A stretch of DNA of 64,000 nt from an uncultured Acidobacterium sp. (GCA_964513235.1 CAZEMI010000239.1:3991-67990); one strand, 5' to 3'. Counted from the stretch's first letter, positions 8,489-21,265 are shown. The notes: a model not told the origin generated them from the sequence alone. Translations and numbers: made by a program.

Positions 8489-9875
8489 TGCGGCGGGCCG
8501 GCGGGTCGTGCGCGCGCGCCGCCTCGGGCGCGGTGAGCGAGACGCGCTCGCCATCGTTGAGGCCGGCGACGATCTCGACCATGCGATCGTTGGACTCGCC
8601 CAGGTCGACCGGCCGGGTCTCGATGCCCGTGGCCGTGACGACGTGAGCGACGCGCGTGCCCTGGTTGTTGAAGATCGCGGTCACCGGCACCATCAGGACG
8701 TTGGTGCGCGTGCCGACAATGACGTCGGCGCGGATGCTCATCTCCGGGCGCAGCTCGGCGGTGGTCGGATCGAGCGTGATGATCAAATCGAACCGCTTGT
8801 CGTCGAACGGGCGCGTCGGCGAGGTGGCCGCGAGCGTGCCGACGCGCGTCACCCTGCCGGTGAGCTGCAGATCCGGAAACGCCTCGACGCGGATCTCGGC
8901 GGCTTGGCCGGCCTTCACGCGGTGCACTTCGGCCTCGCTCACCGACGCCTCGACGAGCATGCGGTTGACCTCGGGAATGGTGACGATGCCCTGCGTGGCA
9001 AAGACGCGATCGCCGATGCGGAGCTTCCGGCGCGGGTTGGCGTTGAGGTTTTCCTCGTAGACGACGAGCCCGGGTCCGCGGGCGCGAATGGTGCAGCCCG
9101 CCACCATGGTGGTCAGCAGGTTGAGCCGCAGCGCGGTTTCGTTGACGCGGGTGCGCGCGTTGCCGAGCTGCGCCGCCTTCTGCGCCAGCGCCAGCGCCGC
9201 GCGCTTCTGCTCGCGCGGATGCGACAGCTGCACGATCACGTCGGTGCGGCGGCGCGACAGGATCAGCTCTTCCTCCGCCTCCTCGAGCCCATCCTCGGTG
9301 CGCGCCAGCTCTTCGCGGGTGATGAAGCCCTTGTCGAGCAGCGGCCGCAGCTTCTCGTATTCCTGGCGCAGGCGCTCGGCCTTCTTCTGCGCGCGCTGCA
9401 GCGTCGATCGGGCTTCCTCGACACTCAGCGCACCCTCACCCTCGGTCACGGCTTTGACTTCGGCGCCGGCCTCGTCCCACTCGCCTTCCGCCACCTGCAG
9501 ATCCATTTGCGCCTGGCGATGCTCCTGGCGGACCCTCGCCAGCTCGATCTCGAGATCGGTGGTGTCGAGGCGGACCAGCACGTCGCCGGCCTGCACGCGC
9601 GACCCCTCGGGCGCGAGGTCGCGGATCTCGACGTCGCGGCCGGGCACCGGCGAACGATAGGTGATCGATTGAATGGGCTTGAGCGTGCCGCTCGAGGTGA
9701 GGCGCGCGGTCAGCTCGCCGCGGCTGACTTCCACGACCATCCCGTCATCGGCGCCGGCACGCACCCAGAACACCGCGGCGGTGAGGGCGAACACCGCCAC
9801 TGCGGCGGCGATCGCATATCGCGGCCGCGCGATCACACGCTGGGTCCAGTCACGGGTCATTGAGGATGGCGGCAC
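8469..9875 (-). CDS. Periplasmic adaptor (MacA/HlyD-family membrane fusion protein)
   Basis: N-terminal TM, lipoyl-like EGSRVQAGDVLVRLD, long coiled coil, LRPEMSIRADVIV; alternative start ATG 9860. Confidence 0.88.
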   Translation of the reverse strand: MPPSSMTRDWTQRVIARPRYAIAAAVAVFALTAAVFWVRAGADDGMVVEVSRGELTARLTSSGTLKPIQSITYRSPVPGRDVEIRDLAPEGSRVQAGDVLVRLDTTDLEIELARVRQEHRQAQMDLQVAEGEWDEAGAEVKAVTEGEGALSVEEARSTLQRAQKKAERLRQEYEKLRPLLDKGFITREELARTEDGLEEAEEELILSRRRTDVIVQLSHPREQKRAALALAQKAAQLGNARTRVNETALRLNLLTTMVAGCTIRARGPGLVVYEENLNANPRRKLRIGDRVFATQGIVTIPEVNRMLVEASVSEAEVHRVKAGQAAEIRVEAFPDLQLTGRVTRVGTLAATSPTRPFDDKRFDLIITLDPTTAELRPEMSIRADVIVGTRTNVLMVPVTAIFNNQGTRVAHVVTATGIETRPVDLGESNDRMVEIVAGLNDGERVSLTAPEAARAHDPPARRNALQPR

Positions 9876-9887
9876 AACTGTGCCGCC

Positions 9888-11429
9888 CTACTTCGTTAGA
9901 TTAGACGCTGGAACGGGTGTCGCCGTCGAGCCCGTGATGTCGGTGCGCGGGTTGAAAATGCCCAGGACGGCACGCAGCCGCAACTCGGCCACGGCCGAGT
10001 CGGCGAGCGCCTGGATGCGCCGGCTTTCCGACTGCAGCAACGACGCCTCGGCGGTGACCACGTCGAGGTTGTTCGACAACCCGGTTTCGTAGCGCAGCTG
10101 CGCGACTTCGACCTCGCGGGTGCTGATGTCGACGCTGGTTTCGGCAGCCACCACGCTGCGGATCAGGCGATCGCGCTCGCGCACGATCTGCTTCACGCTA
10201 TCGGCGATCTGCCGCTCCAGCGTCACGGTTTCGCGGCGACGCCGCTCGCGATCGATGATCGCCTGCTGGAATTCGACCTGCTGCGCGGTGCGATCCACGG
10301 GCGAGGAAATGGTGAAGAACGTGGCGAACCGGTAGCCGTCGAGGCCAAAACTGTCACGGAAACTGGGCGCGGTCTCGCGGCGCGTGAACGCGAAGTTGAC
10401 GTCGACTTGCGGCAGCAACTGGTTGCGCGAGAACCGAATCTGGTTCTCCGCATCCTCGGCGACGGCACGGCGGCTCTTGAGATCCAGCCGGTTCGCCAGC
10501 GCAATGCTCGTGGCCGTGGGTACATCGATCGGATCCGTGCTCGGGCGCGGCACCTGGGCGCCGACCTCGAACGGCGTCGTCTGCGAGCGCCCCAGCAGGA
10601 ACGTCAACTGATCGCGCGCGTCCTCGACCGCCGACTGCGCATCGAAGAACTGCATCTCCGATTGCGACACCAGCTGTTGGGACCGCAGCACGTCGAGCTG
10701 CGAGACCAGGCCGGCGTCGAGCTTCGCTTCGGAGGCGTCGCGCAGCCGGCGGGCGCGCAACAGGGTTTGCCGCGCCACCTCGACGAAGGTCTGCTGCGAC
10801 ACCACGCGGTAATACGCCGCCGCCACGTCGACGGCGACCTGCTGCTCCGCGAGCGACTGCTGTCGATCCGCTTCCTCACGCCGCAGTTCCGCGGAGGTCA
10901 GTCCCCGCCGCGACACGCTGCGGCCGAAGCCGCGCAGCAGCGGCTGCGACAAGGTCAACGTGGTGTCGGCGTTATAGAACAACAGGTCGCTGCCATCGCC
11001 GATGTCGCCGGGAATCTGCGCCGACGCGGTGCCGGTGGACAGCCGCAGCTCGGTGCCGGTCACGAGCTTCTGCGACACGTCAACGCGGTAGGTCTGCCCG
11101 CTGCCGTCGTTGCGGCCGAACGATCCGAAGATGTTCGGCGTGATCTTGGGACGGAAGGTGTTGCGCGCGAGCCGCAGGGCGAGGTCGGCCTGCGCGATCG
11201 TATCGCCTTGATTGACGAGGCGCTCGTTCTGCGCGAGCGCCTCCTGCACCGCATCCGTCAGCGTCAGTACGGGTGCACTTGTCTGTCCTTCGACTCGCAA
11301 CCCGGCGCCTGCGGCACCGGGTTGCTCGCTCAGGTTCTGCGACGCCGACGCGGAACTCGCGAAGAGCACGCCGCAGGCGACGCCTGCGGCGACATGAAGC
11401 GCGTAGTGCTTGAACACGTCATCCCTCAT
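9888..11429 (-). CDS. TolC-family outer membrane efflux protein
   Basis: LTLTDAVQEALAQN, LSQPLLRGFG, RYETGLSNNLDVVTAE heptad pattern. Confidence 0.88.
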   Translation of the reverse strand: MRDDVFKHYALHVAAGVACGVLFASSASASQNLSEQPGAAGAGLRVEGQTSAPVLTLTDAVQEALAQNERLVNQGDTIAQADLALRLARNTFRPKITPNIFGSFGRNDGSGQTYRVDVSQKLVTGTELRLSTGTASAQIPGDIGDGSDLLFYNADTTLTLSQPLLRGFGRSVSRRGLTSAELRREEADRQQSLAEQQVAVDVAAAYYRVVSQQTFVEVARQTLLRARRLRDASEAKLDAGLVSQLDVLRSQQLVSQSEMQFFDAQSAVEDARDQLTFLLGRSQTTPFEVGAQVPRPSTDPIDVPTATSIALANRLDLKSRRAVAEDAENQIRFSRNQLLPQVDVNFAFTRRETAPSFRDSFGLDGYRFATFFTISSPVDRTAQQVEFQQAIIDRERRRRETVTLERQIADSVKQIVRERDRLIRSVVAAETSVDISTREVEVAQLRYETGLSNNLDVVTAEASLLQSESRRIQALADSAVAELRLRAVLGIFNPRTDITGSTATPVPASNLTK

Positions 11430-12574
11430 CGTAAAGTGAGATTGATCGTTCCGGTCAACACCGCGCGGCTGCTGAGGCCCTGACCGCGAATTTCGACGGT
11501 GGAGTTGTGGGCCAGTGCACCCGTCACCGTGTTGCCGCTGACGGTTCCGGTAAAGGTAACCGACGCGACGGACGTGTACGAGAATCCCTCGAGGTTGCCG
11601 CTATCGCGGAATTCCTGCGTAAACCTCATCGTGCCGCCCGACCCGGTGACGCTGGCGCTATAGACGAACGGCGTGGGTGGAATCAAGCCAGCGCCGACGC
11701 CGCAGCTGTCGGCCGACACGCTCTGCGTCCCGTTCATGTCGAGGGTGCCGGTGATGCTGCCATTCGACGCGGTTTGGAGTCGAAGCGTGGCGTTGCCCGC
11801 GTTGCGGAGGCTCACCGTGCAGCTGAAGCCCGGCTCGCCCTCGAAGCTGACCGTGCTCGTGCCGGTCAGCGTGCCGTCCATTGGACCGGCGAACGACGAG
11901 CTGGTCGGCTGGGCCGTTGCGGTGGGCGTGGTCGGCGCCGAGGCGGTCGTGCCCGGAGACGTGGTCGAGGTCGTCGACGGCGAATCGTCGCCACCGCCGG
12001 CCGCCCGCGTCGCGATCAAGCCGCCGCCGGCCACCGCGCCGCCGATGATGCCGAGCGTGGTGCCCGACAAGCCACCAGCACCGCCGGCGCCGCCGGCCCC
12101 CGCGCCGCCACCCGCGCCGCCGCCACCGGCGCCAGAACCGCCGGCCGCGCCGCTCGCGCCCGCCACTTCCGCCGCGGTCATGACGTTGGACTGCACGATC
12201 GTGGCCACGGCCGTCTGACCCTGGAAGGTCGCGGTGGCCGAAATCTGCAGCGCGCCCGTGGCCGTGGGCGTGAGGCCGGCCGCGGTGGCCTGGCCAGCCG
12301 CGTTGGTCACGACCGTCAACGTTGATGCGCCGCCGAACGACGCGCCTTGCCCGCCAATGCTGAACGTGACCGCGACGCCTGACACTGGCAAGTTGTTGCG
12401 ATCTCTGACTTCGACGACCGGCGCCACCGCCGTTTTCTGTTGAATGATATTGACTGCGTCTTCGCCTTCAATCACGACGATCCTCAAACCGGCTGCCGTG
12501 CTTGGTTGCTGGGCCGCCGCCGTCGACGACACCAGTGCCAAGGCCGACACGACGGCCATCAATGCGTTGCACAT
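11426..12574 (-). CDS. Exported protein with Ig-like (Big_1-like) N-terminal domain, Gly/Ala-rich linker, hydrophobic Gly segment and beta-rich C-terminal domain
   Basis: RBS AAGGA before ATG 12574; signal peptide; IVVIEGEDAVN..PVVEVRDRNNLPVSGVAVTF..VTNAAGQATA; GGAGAGG tract; LGIIGGAVAGGGLIA. Confidence 0.65.
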   Translation of the reverse strand: MCNALMAVVSALALVSSTAAAQQPSTAAGLRIVVIEGEDAVNIIQQKTAVAPVVEVRDRNNLPVSGVAVTFSIGGQGASFGGASTLTVVTNAAGQATAAGLTPTATGALQISATATFQGQTAVATIVQSNVMTAAEVAGASGAAGGSGAGGGGAGGGAGAGGAGGAGGLSGTTLGIIGGAVAGGGLIATRAAGGGDDSPSTTSTTSPGTTASAPTTPTATAQPTSSSFAGPMDGTLTGTSTVSFEGEPGFSCTVSLRNAGNATLRLQTASNGSITGTLDMNGTQSVSADSCGVGAGLIPPTPFVYSASVTGSGGTMRFTQEFRDSGNLEGFSYTSVASVTFTGTVSGNTVTGALAHNSTVEIRGQGLSSRAVLTGTINLTLR

Positions 12575-12719
12575 AATTTCCTTGCTTTCCGCTCGGGGGG
12601 GTTCTCGCGGCCGAGCTAGTGAAGGGTACTGGAAGGAACGCCGAAGCGCCACCCCCAAAGCGGGGATGGGTACGAAGGTACCCTATGACGATTCTTGTAA
12701 TGTGGCCCTTAGCGAATGA

Positions 12720-14947
12720 TCACGCGCCGCAGCCAGCCCGGGGCAGCAACCCCTCGATCTGGCCGACGTAGTTCCTGGCGTTCTTCGATTCGTCGAGGTG
12801 CGGGTTGATCTGCAGCATCTTCAGGTAGCTGTTGCGCGCATCTTTCAGGTAGCCGCAGGCCTGCCGCGCGTTGAACAGATCGCGATTGACGTTGCCGAGC
12901 AGAAAGTGGGCGATCGGATCGTTCGGGGCGTGGCCGAGCGCGCGCTTGCAGTAGTCGCGCGCCTTGAGCGGATTGCCGACCTTCTGCTCCGAGAGACACA
13001 GGCCGAGAAAGCCGGCGCTGCGCAGGCTGTCGTAGGCGCCCTGGCGATCCGCATGCTTGCGGCTGCCGACGCCGAGCCCGATGAAGTGGAACGCGAGCTT
13101 CGATCCCAGCCCGGTCGAGAAATTCGTGAGGTCGAGGAACGTGCGGTAGTTGGTCCGCGCGTCGGCGTAGAGGCTGATCTGCACCGTGCGATCGGTGCTG
13201 GCCGCCGCCATCTGCCGCAGCGCATCGGCTTTCCAGAGGTGCGCCTGCGCGTTCGACGGCTTGAGCGAGATGGCCTGGTCGGCGGCCACGATCGCCTGGC
13301 CCCACGCCGCCTTGTCCCAATACGCGCGCGCCAGCATCGCATATGCGACATCGTCTTTGGGATCGAGGCGCTGCGCCTCGGTCAGCTCGCGAATGGCCTC
13401 GTCGGGATCGCCCTGTTCGATCAGCACGGCGGCGCATTCCACGCGCGCGTCGACATGCGTCGGATCGATCGCCGTGGCGCGGCGAAAGCTCGCCACCGCC
13501 TCGTCGTGCTTGAGCAGTAACTGGTTCACCTGGCCGAGGTGATACGCGGCGACGGCGTAATCCGGATCGATGTCGAGCGCCTTCTTGAACAACGCCGCGG
13601 CGCGATTCAGATCGCCCTCGCTCTGCTTGCGCTCTATCGGCACGAGGTTCATGAGGCTCAACGACGAGCGCCGGGTGAACAGCAGCTTCTCGCCCTGCTC
13701 GTTGAGCGCCTGCGCCGGCTTCTTGATCTGACGGACGTAGCGGATGCGGAAGCTCACCGCGGATTCCTGTCCCGGGGCAATCATCACTTCCTTGCGATCC
13801 GGCTCGTAGCCCTCGCGCACGCCCTGGAACTCGTGCAGGCCGGACGGCAGGCTCGGGATGACGAGCGGCTTGCCCTTCGACATGCGGCCGACGAGCTTCC
13901 CGTCGAGGTACACGTCGACGTCGTCCATGTTCGACTCGATCACCGCGGTGCCGAGCATCGACGGCGCCTCGTTGGTGCTGTCCGAGAGGCAGGCATTGGC
14001 GACGCCGAGCAGCATCTCGGGCTCGTAGTCGCCGCGCGCGGTGGGCGTCTGCGACAACTGGCGTTCGCGCGCGTAGCGGCGGACGTTGGTGCGGACGTAC
14101 TCGATCAATTCGTCGGCCGTGATGCGGCCGTCACACGGATCGACGTCCGCGTAGCCGCGGAACGCCTGCACCAGGTAGTAGGTGAAGAATCCGAACCCGG
14201 TCGACAGGTTGGGATCTTCAAAGCTCTGTTCGCGCTCGGTGGTGGCCGTGAGCGTGAGGAAGCTGCGCGGCAGCGCGCTGAACTGCTGCTCGAGCGCTTC
14301 GTTGGTGGTCTCGGCGTTGATCTTCCCCGAGTGGCACGCGTCGGTCAGCAACACCTTCCAGTTCGCGCCGACCTTGTTGGCCAGCACATCGCCAACGGTG
14401 GCCATGGCATAGGCGCTGGTCTCGAGCTGGTCGGGATCGACGTCCCACGGCGCCAGATACCCCTTGCCGTTCTGCACAAAACCGTGTCCGGCGAAATACA
14501 CCACCACCCGATCCATCGGCTGCGCCACCTTGGGGAGCCATTCCTCGAGGTGGTACTTGATGTTGGCCAGCGTCGCCTGCTCGCCCTTGAGGAACTTCAC
14601 GTTCTCGGCCGGGAACGCGCCGCCCTCGTGATTGATCAGCACGCGATACATCGCATCGGCGTCCGACTCGGGGAAGCGAAGCTGCTTCGACTCGTCGAGG
14701 TTCTTATACCGGGCGATGCCGACGATCAGCGCGTAACCCCGCGGCACGCCTTCGCGCACCGGGAGCGGCTTGTTACTCGGCGCCAGTACCAGGTCGCGGG
14801 GTGCCTGGGTTGGGGCCTGAGGTGCCTGGGGTGCCTGAGGCTTGTCCTGAGCGCGGGTCGCGGCATCGCCGCGACCAGAGTCGAAGGGTGCCTGCGCCGC
14901 GAGTGGCATCGACACCGCGGCCCAGATGGCGATCGCCAGCAGGCGCT

Positions 14948-14951
<4 letters not shown>
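12720..14951 (-). CDS. Secreted caspase-like peptidase (C14) with PEGA-like domain and TPR repeats
   Basis: Signal peptide; YALIVGIARY; intact dyad YFAGHG and TDACHSG; DVDVYLDGKLVG (PEGA-like); multiple TPR helices (ALDIDPDY, AIDPTH). Confidence 0.85.
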
Positions 14952-16879
<1,928 letters not shown>

Positions 16880-16976
16880 GGGAGAGACCTCTGGAAATTT
16901 AGACGAACAACGGTTGCAGGGAATCCAAGCTTGCCCGGGTGCAGAATTTCAGATGGTCAGAGTGTAACAGGCGGCC

Positions 16977-17020
16977 AAGAAAAGACTAAGGGCGGCAATC
17001 CCTATTCGGGACGGCCGCCC
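16977..17020 (-). terminator. Intrinsic terminator-like hairpin
   Basis: Minus strand reads gggcggc-cg-tccc-gaata-ggga-tt-gccgccc followed by ttagtcttttctt. Lies downstream of the DGQHR gene and upstream of the kinase. Confidence 0.6.
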
Positions 17021-17208
17021 AAAAGTTGCCGCCAACCTGGCTCCCCCCAGCTACTGCAGCACTAATGCCACAGTAAACAGACTGGCGACGCGGACCGACA
17101 ATCCAAAGTCCATGCCGACGGGCTTTGGGCCAGATTCAGCGAATTTCGCTTAATGGGGCTTCGCTGCGCCAACGAATTTGTCGGTCAGGATCACAGAAGT
17201 GTTGGGCC

Positions 17209-18348
17209 TCAGCCCGCGGCACCTTCGGGATACTGCAGGGCCAGCCGGAGTTCCTTGGTCAGGTTGTCGACCGTGGTGCCCTGCCGCTTCCACGCGCCGT
17301 CGGTTTCGAAGCGCAGCGCGCCGATGCGGCGGCCCCACGGCGAAATCACGCGGCCAATGGCGCGGTAGTCGGTGCGGTCGGCGTGATGCTGGTCGATCTT
17401 CTGGATCACATCGGGCGCCACGCGAATGAACGCGCGGAGCGCGGTGGCCGACTTGATGCTGTACTTGCGGCCGTTCCACGCCGATTCGAAGATCGTCGCG
17501 ATCTGCTTGAAGTAGTTGACGAAGAACTTCTTCGACTCTTCGCGGAACTGTTCGCTCTTGCGCGCGCCGCCGAGCGCGGCCTCGTCGGCGAACAGCTTCT
17601 TGAGCTCCTGGGCCAGCGGCGCCTGGCCGACGCGGCCCTTGCCCACGCCGAGCAGCTTGATCTCGCCGTAGAGCGGCGACTCTTCGCGATCGTTGATCGC
17701 GCGCACCACGTCGTGCGCCGCGGCCAGCGCCTCGTCTCGATACAGCTGGCGTCCCGAGAGCGACACCAGGTGCGACGCGTTGAGGCGCGTGTGCTTGGCG
17801 TTGATGGTCACGAACATCTGGACGATGTGATCTTCAGGCACGCGGTCGAAAATAATCGCCGGCACGGTGAAGGGCTCGTCGCCGAACCGGTCGATGTCGG
17901 CGTGCAGCGCGAGCAGCCGGTGCTGGCCGTCGATGGCGCGCAGGATGCCTTCACGCTCAGGCACCTTCAGGCGGCCGACCGACGAGCCGCTTTCCGAGGG
18001 TTCGAAGCTCAATTTCTCGTCGCACGAAATGATCACGGCGCCGGGAATCGACGGGAGATCGCGCGCCTGGCGACACTGCTCGTAGTACTGGACGAGCTCG
18101 TCGATTTTCTTGCGGATGATCTGCCGCTGATAGGCCTTGTCATTCGAGGCGATGCGCCGCTCGAGCAGGTCCCAGTTGATCTTGGACTGCGGGCCGCCCT
18201 TTTTCTTGCCGCGAACGCCTTGGGTCCCCTGGTCCTGGTAACTCAGCACTTCGAATCGGACGAGCTTGTCGATATCGCTGGCGGTAAGGGAGGCCTGATA
18301 GAATTGCACGCCGAACTGCTGCATCCGAATAGCGGCTACGCTGATCAT
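17209..18348 (-). CDS. DGQHR domain protein (DndB-like / ParB-related fold)
   Basis: AYQRQII, IPGAVII, RAIDGQHRLLAL, QMFVTINAKHTRLNASHL. Confidence 0.8.
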   Translation of the reverse strand: MISVAAIRMQQFGVQFYQASLTASDIDKLVRFEVLSYQDQGTQGVRGKKKGGPQSKINWDLLERRIASNDKAYQRQIIRKKIDELVQYYEQCRQARDLPSIPGAVIISCDEKLSFEPSESGSSVGRLKVPEREGILRAIDGQHRLLALHADIDRFGDEPFTVPAIIFDRVPEDHIVQMFVTINAKHTRLNASHLVSLSGRQLYRDEALAAAHDVVRAINDREESPLYGEIKLLGVGKGRVGQAPLAQELKKLFADEAALGGARKSEQFREESKKFFVNYFKQIATIFESAWNGRKYSIKSATALRAFIRVAPDVIQKIDQHHADRTDYRAIGRVISPWGRRIGALRFETDGAWKRQGTTVDNLTKELRLALQYPEGAAG

Positions 18349-18481
18349 AAGAGTCCAACCAAAGAGGTGGATTCTATCGTTTGCGCCCGCGCCCGCTCAA
18401 CGGTTTTTGCCCAGAATCGCGGGTCTTCATGGACAAGCACGGTGTCGCGAAACTCCGTAAAGATATGAATTTGAAGGGCTT

Positions 18482-21262
18482 ATGGCCATGAAGACGAAAT
18501 TGCGGGTGTCGGCTTTCTTTCTCGCGTTTGCCCTAATCCTAAGCTCAGCCGTTACGGAAGCCCAAAAACCGGCGCGGTCATCCGTCGGAGATGACACGGA
18601 ATTTGCGGCGTTTGTGAAGAAAGCGACGACCAAGCCGGAATTCCTGTCGCCGCTTGTCGATCACCTGCCCAAGAGAGCCGGCGTCCCGACGCCGAAAGAC
18701 GTCCTCGGCTACCACATCGGCACCGAGAAAAAACTGACCTACGTGGCCGACCAGCAGCGCTTCTTCCGCGCGCTCGAGAAGGCGCTGCCGGGCCGCTTCA
18801 AGACCGAGGTCACCGGCAAAACCGAAGAAGGCCGCGACATCATGGTCGTCTACGTATCATCCGAGGCGAACCTCAAGAACCTCGAGATCAACCGCCAGAA
18901 CATGCGCCAGCTTGCCGACCCGCGCGGCCTGACCGAGGCGCAGGCGCAGCGGCTGATCGCGAACACCAAGCCGCACTACCACATCACCGCCGGCCTCCAC
19001 AGCGGCGAGACCAATCCGCCGGAAGCCGTGATCGAGCTGGCGTATCGCCTCGCGGTCAGCGACGAGCCGTACATCACCGCCATTCGCAACAACGTCATCG
19101 TCAGCATCACCGGCGCCACCGATGTCGACGGCCGCGATCGCTACGTCGACTGGTACTACGCCTACAAGATCGACGAGCCATACGAGGGCGGCGAGAATTA
19201 CGGACAGCCCCCGTACTGGGGCAAGTACGTCTATCACGACAACAACCGCGACATTAACTACGGCGTGGACTCGCTGCGCGCGCACCTCGATTGGTATTTG
19301 AAGTGGGTGCCGCCGATCTGGCACGACGTGCACGAAGCACAAACGCTGCTCTACACGTTCAGCGGCCAGCCGCCGCAGAATGCCAACCTCGATCCGATTC
19401 TCTACACCGAGCTGCCGTTCTTCGCGTCTTACGAAGTGAACAAGCTGACCTCGTACGGCATGCCCGGCGTGTGGCATTTCGGCTTCGTCGACATGTGGTC
19501 GCCGGGGTATCTCGGCTTCGCCGCCGCCAATCACAACGGCATGCTGCGCATGTATGAAGTGTTCAACCAGGGCGGCGCCAACACGAAGAAAGCGCGGCTG
19601 CAGGGCGGACAGACGACGCGGCAGTGGTATCGGCCGAATCCGGCGCCGGTGGGGGAAGTCGACTGGTCGATCCGTAACTCGATCAATTACGCGCAGACCG
19701 GACTCCTCACCGCTCTCGAGCTGACCTCGACGTTCCCGACCATGGTGGTCGAGAACTTCTACAAGAAGTCGGCGAATGCCGTGAAGCGCGGGCAAGACCG
19801 GGCGCCGCACGCGTTCGTGATCCCCGCCGGGCAGAAGGATCAGACCCAGATCGATCGCGTGGCCAACCTGATTCGGCGCCAGGCCATCGAGGTCCACCGC
19901 GCCTCCGCGGAGATCACCGTCAAGGACGGTGGCTTCCCCGCCGGCTCCTACATCGTCAAGTTGAACCAGCCGTATGGTCCGCTGGCAAAGACGCTGCTCG
20001 AAAAGCAGACCTATCCCGACGCGGCGCTCAACACCTACGACGACAGCGCCTGGACGATGGGGATGGCGAATAACATCGAGGTGAAGACGATCGACGACAA
20101 GGCGATTCTCGAGGCGCCGGCCACGCTGCTCACCGCGGACGTCGTGACCGCGGGATCGGTCGCGGGCACCGGTCCGATCACGGTGGTGAAGCAGAACGGC
20201 TCGCTCAACGTGATCACGTTCCGCTATCGCTTGAAGGACCTGCCGATGAAGGGCGCGAAGGCGTCGTTCAAGATTGGCGACGTCGAGTTTCCCGCGGGAT
20301 CGCTGATCGTCGAGTCGGCGGGTGATCGCGTGCGAAAGGAAGTGCAGGCACTGGGCCTGGTCGCCACGGCGGTGGCGGCGGCGCCGAGCGTGGAGACGTC
20401 GAATATCGATCTACCCCGCCTCGCGATGTACACGACCTGGGCCAACACCGAGAAGGTGGGCTGGGTGCGGCTGGCGTTCGATCGGTGGGAGATCCCGTTC
20501 GATCTGATCCACAAGGATCACGTGCAGACCGGCGCCAACTTGCGCGCGAAGTACGACGTGATCGTGATGCCGCACCAGACGCAGAACGGCAAGTCGATTG
20601 TCTACGAGCAGCCGAAGCTCTCGAAGCCGCTGCCATATAGAAAGAACGACCGTTTCAAATCTTTGGGAATGTACGCGGAAACAGACGATGTGCGCGGCGG
20701 CATGGGCCTCGCCGGCGCGGCGGAGTTCCAGAAGTTCGTGGAGGAGGGCGGCGTGCTCTTGACGTTCGGCGTCGCGAGCGCCTTCCCGGCGGAGTTCGGC
20801 ATTGCCAAGGGCGTCGACGCCCAGAACCCGTCGCAGGGCTTCTACGCACCAGGACCGTACGTCCAGAGCGAAATCCTGCTGCCACATCACCCCGTGATGT
20901 ACGGCTACAACCAGAAGACGCTGCCGGTGCGCTTCAACGGTGGTCCGCTACTGCAGGCGGGGCCGCCGCCCGGCCTCGAGCAGTTTGCCGGATCGTCACC
21001 CGATCGCCCGCAGGTGATCGCGAGATTCACGGGCGGCACGGACGGCGTGCTGAGCGGGTTGATGCGGAACCCCGATCAGATTCGCAACCGGCCGATGATC
21101 GTCGACGCGCCGGCGGGCAAGGGACGCGTGATCCTGTTCGCGAACAACCCGATCTATCGCTGGCAGACGTTCGGCGAGCACGCCATGGTGTTCAACGCCT
21201 TGATGTTCTGGAATGACATGGGCGCGGCCGCCGCTCCAAAAACCTCGACGGCGGCCCAGTAG
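18482..21262 (+). CDS. Exported M14-family zinc carboxypeptidase-like protein
   Basis: Signal peptide; GKTEEGRDI, GLHSGE (HxxE), DNNRD, HDVHE; C-terminal GATase-like domain. Confidence 0.85.
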   Translation: MAMKTKLRVSAFFLAFALILSSAVTEAQKPARSSVGDDTEFAAFVKKATTKPEFLSPLVDHLPKRAGVPTPKDVLGYHIGTEKKLTYVADQQRFFRALEKALPGRFKTEVTGKTEEGRDIMVVYVSSEANLKNLEINRQNMRQLADPRGLTEAQAQRLIANTKPHYHITAGLHSGETNPPEAVIELAYRLAVSDEPYITAIRNNVIVSITGATDVDGRDRYVDWYYAYKIDEPYEGGENYGQPPYWGKYVYHDNNRDINYGVDSLRAHLDWYLKWVPPIWHDVHEAQTLLYTFSGQPPQNANLDPILYTELPFFASYEVNKLTSYGMPGVWHFGFVDMWSPGYLGFAAANHNGMLRMYEVFNQGGANTKKARLQGGQTTRQWYRPNPAPVGEVDWSIRNSINYAQTGLLTALELTSTFPTMVVENFYKKSANAVKRGQDRAPHAFVIPAGQKDQTQIDRVANLIRRQAIEVHRASAEITVKDGGFPAGSYIVKLNQPYGPLAKTLLEKQTYPDAALNTYDDSAWTMGMANNIEVKTIDDKAILEAPATLLTADVVTAGSVAGTGPITVVKQNGSLNVITFRYRLKDLPMKGAKASFKIGDVEFPAGSLIVESAGDRVRKEVQALGLVATAVAAAPSVETSNIDLPRLAMYTTWANTEKVGWVRLAFDRWEIPFDLIHKDHVQTGANLRAKYDVIVMPHQTQNGKSIVYEQPKLSKPLPYRKNDRFKSLGMYAETDDVRGGMGLAGAAEFQKFVEEGGVLLTFGVASAFPAEFGIAKGVDAQNPSQGFYAPGPYVQSEILLPHHPVMYGYNQKTLPVRFNGGPLLQAGPPPGLEQFAGSSPDRPQVIARFTGGTDGVLSGLMRNPDQIRNRPMIVDAPAGKGRVILFANNPIYRWQTFGEHAMVFNALMFWNDMGAAAAPKTSTAAQ

Positions 21263-21265
21263 ATG

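Noticed and set aside
17095-17150. c-di-AMP (ydaO) riboswitch resemblance (minus strand cgctgaatc...agcccgtcgg)
   Set aside because: Only two short fragments resemble the consensus. The intervening conserved helices and spacing are missing. An Infernal scan would be needed.
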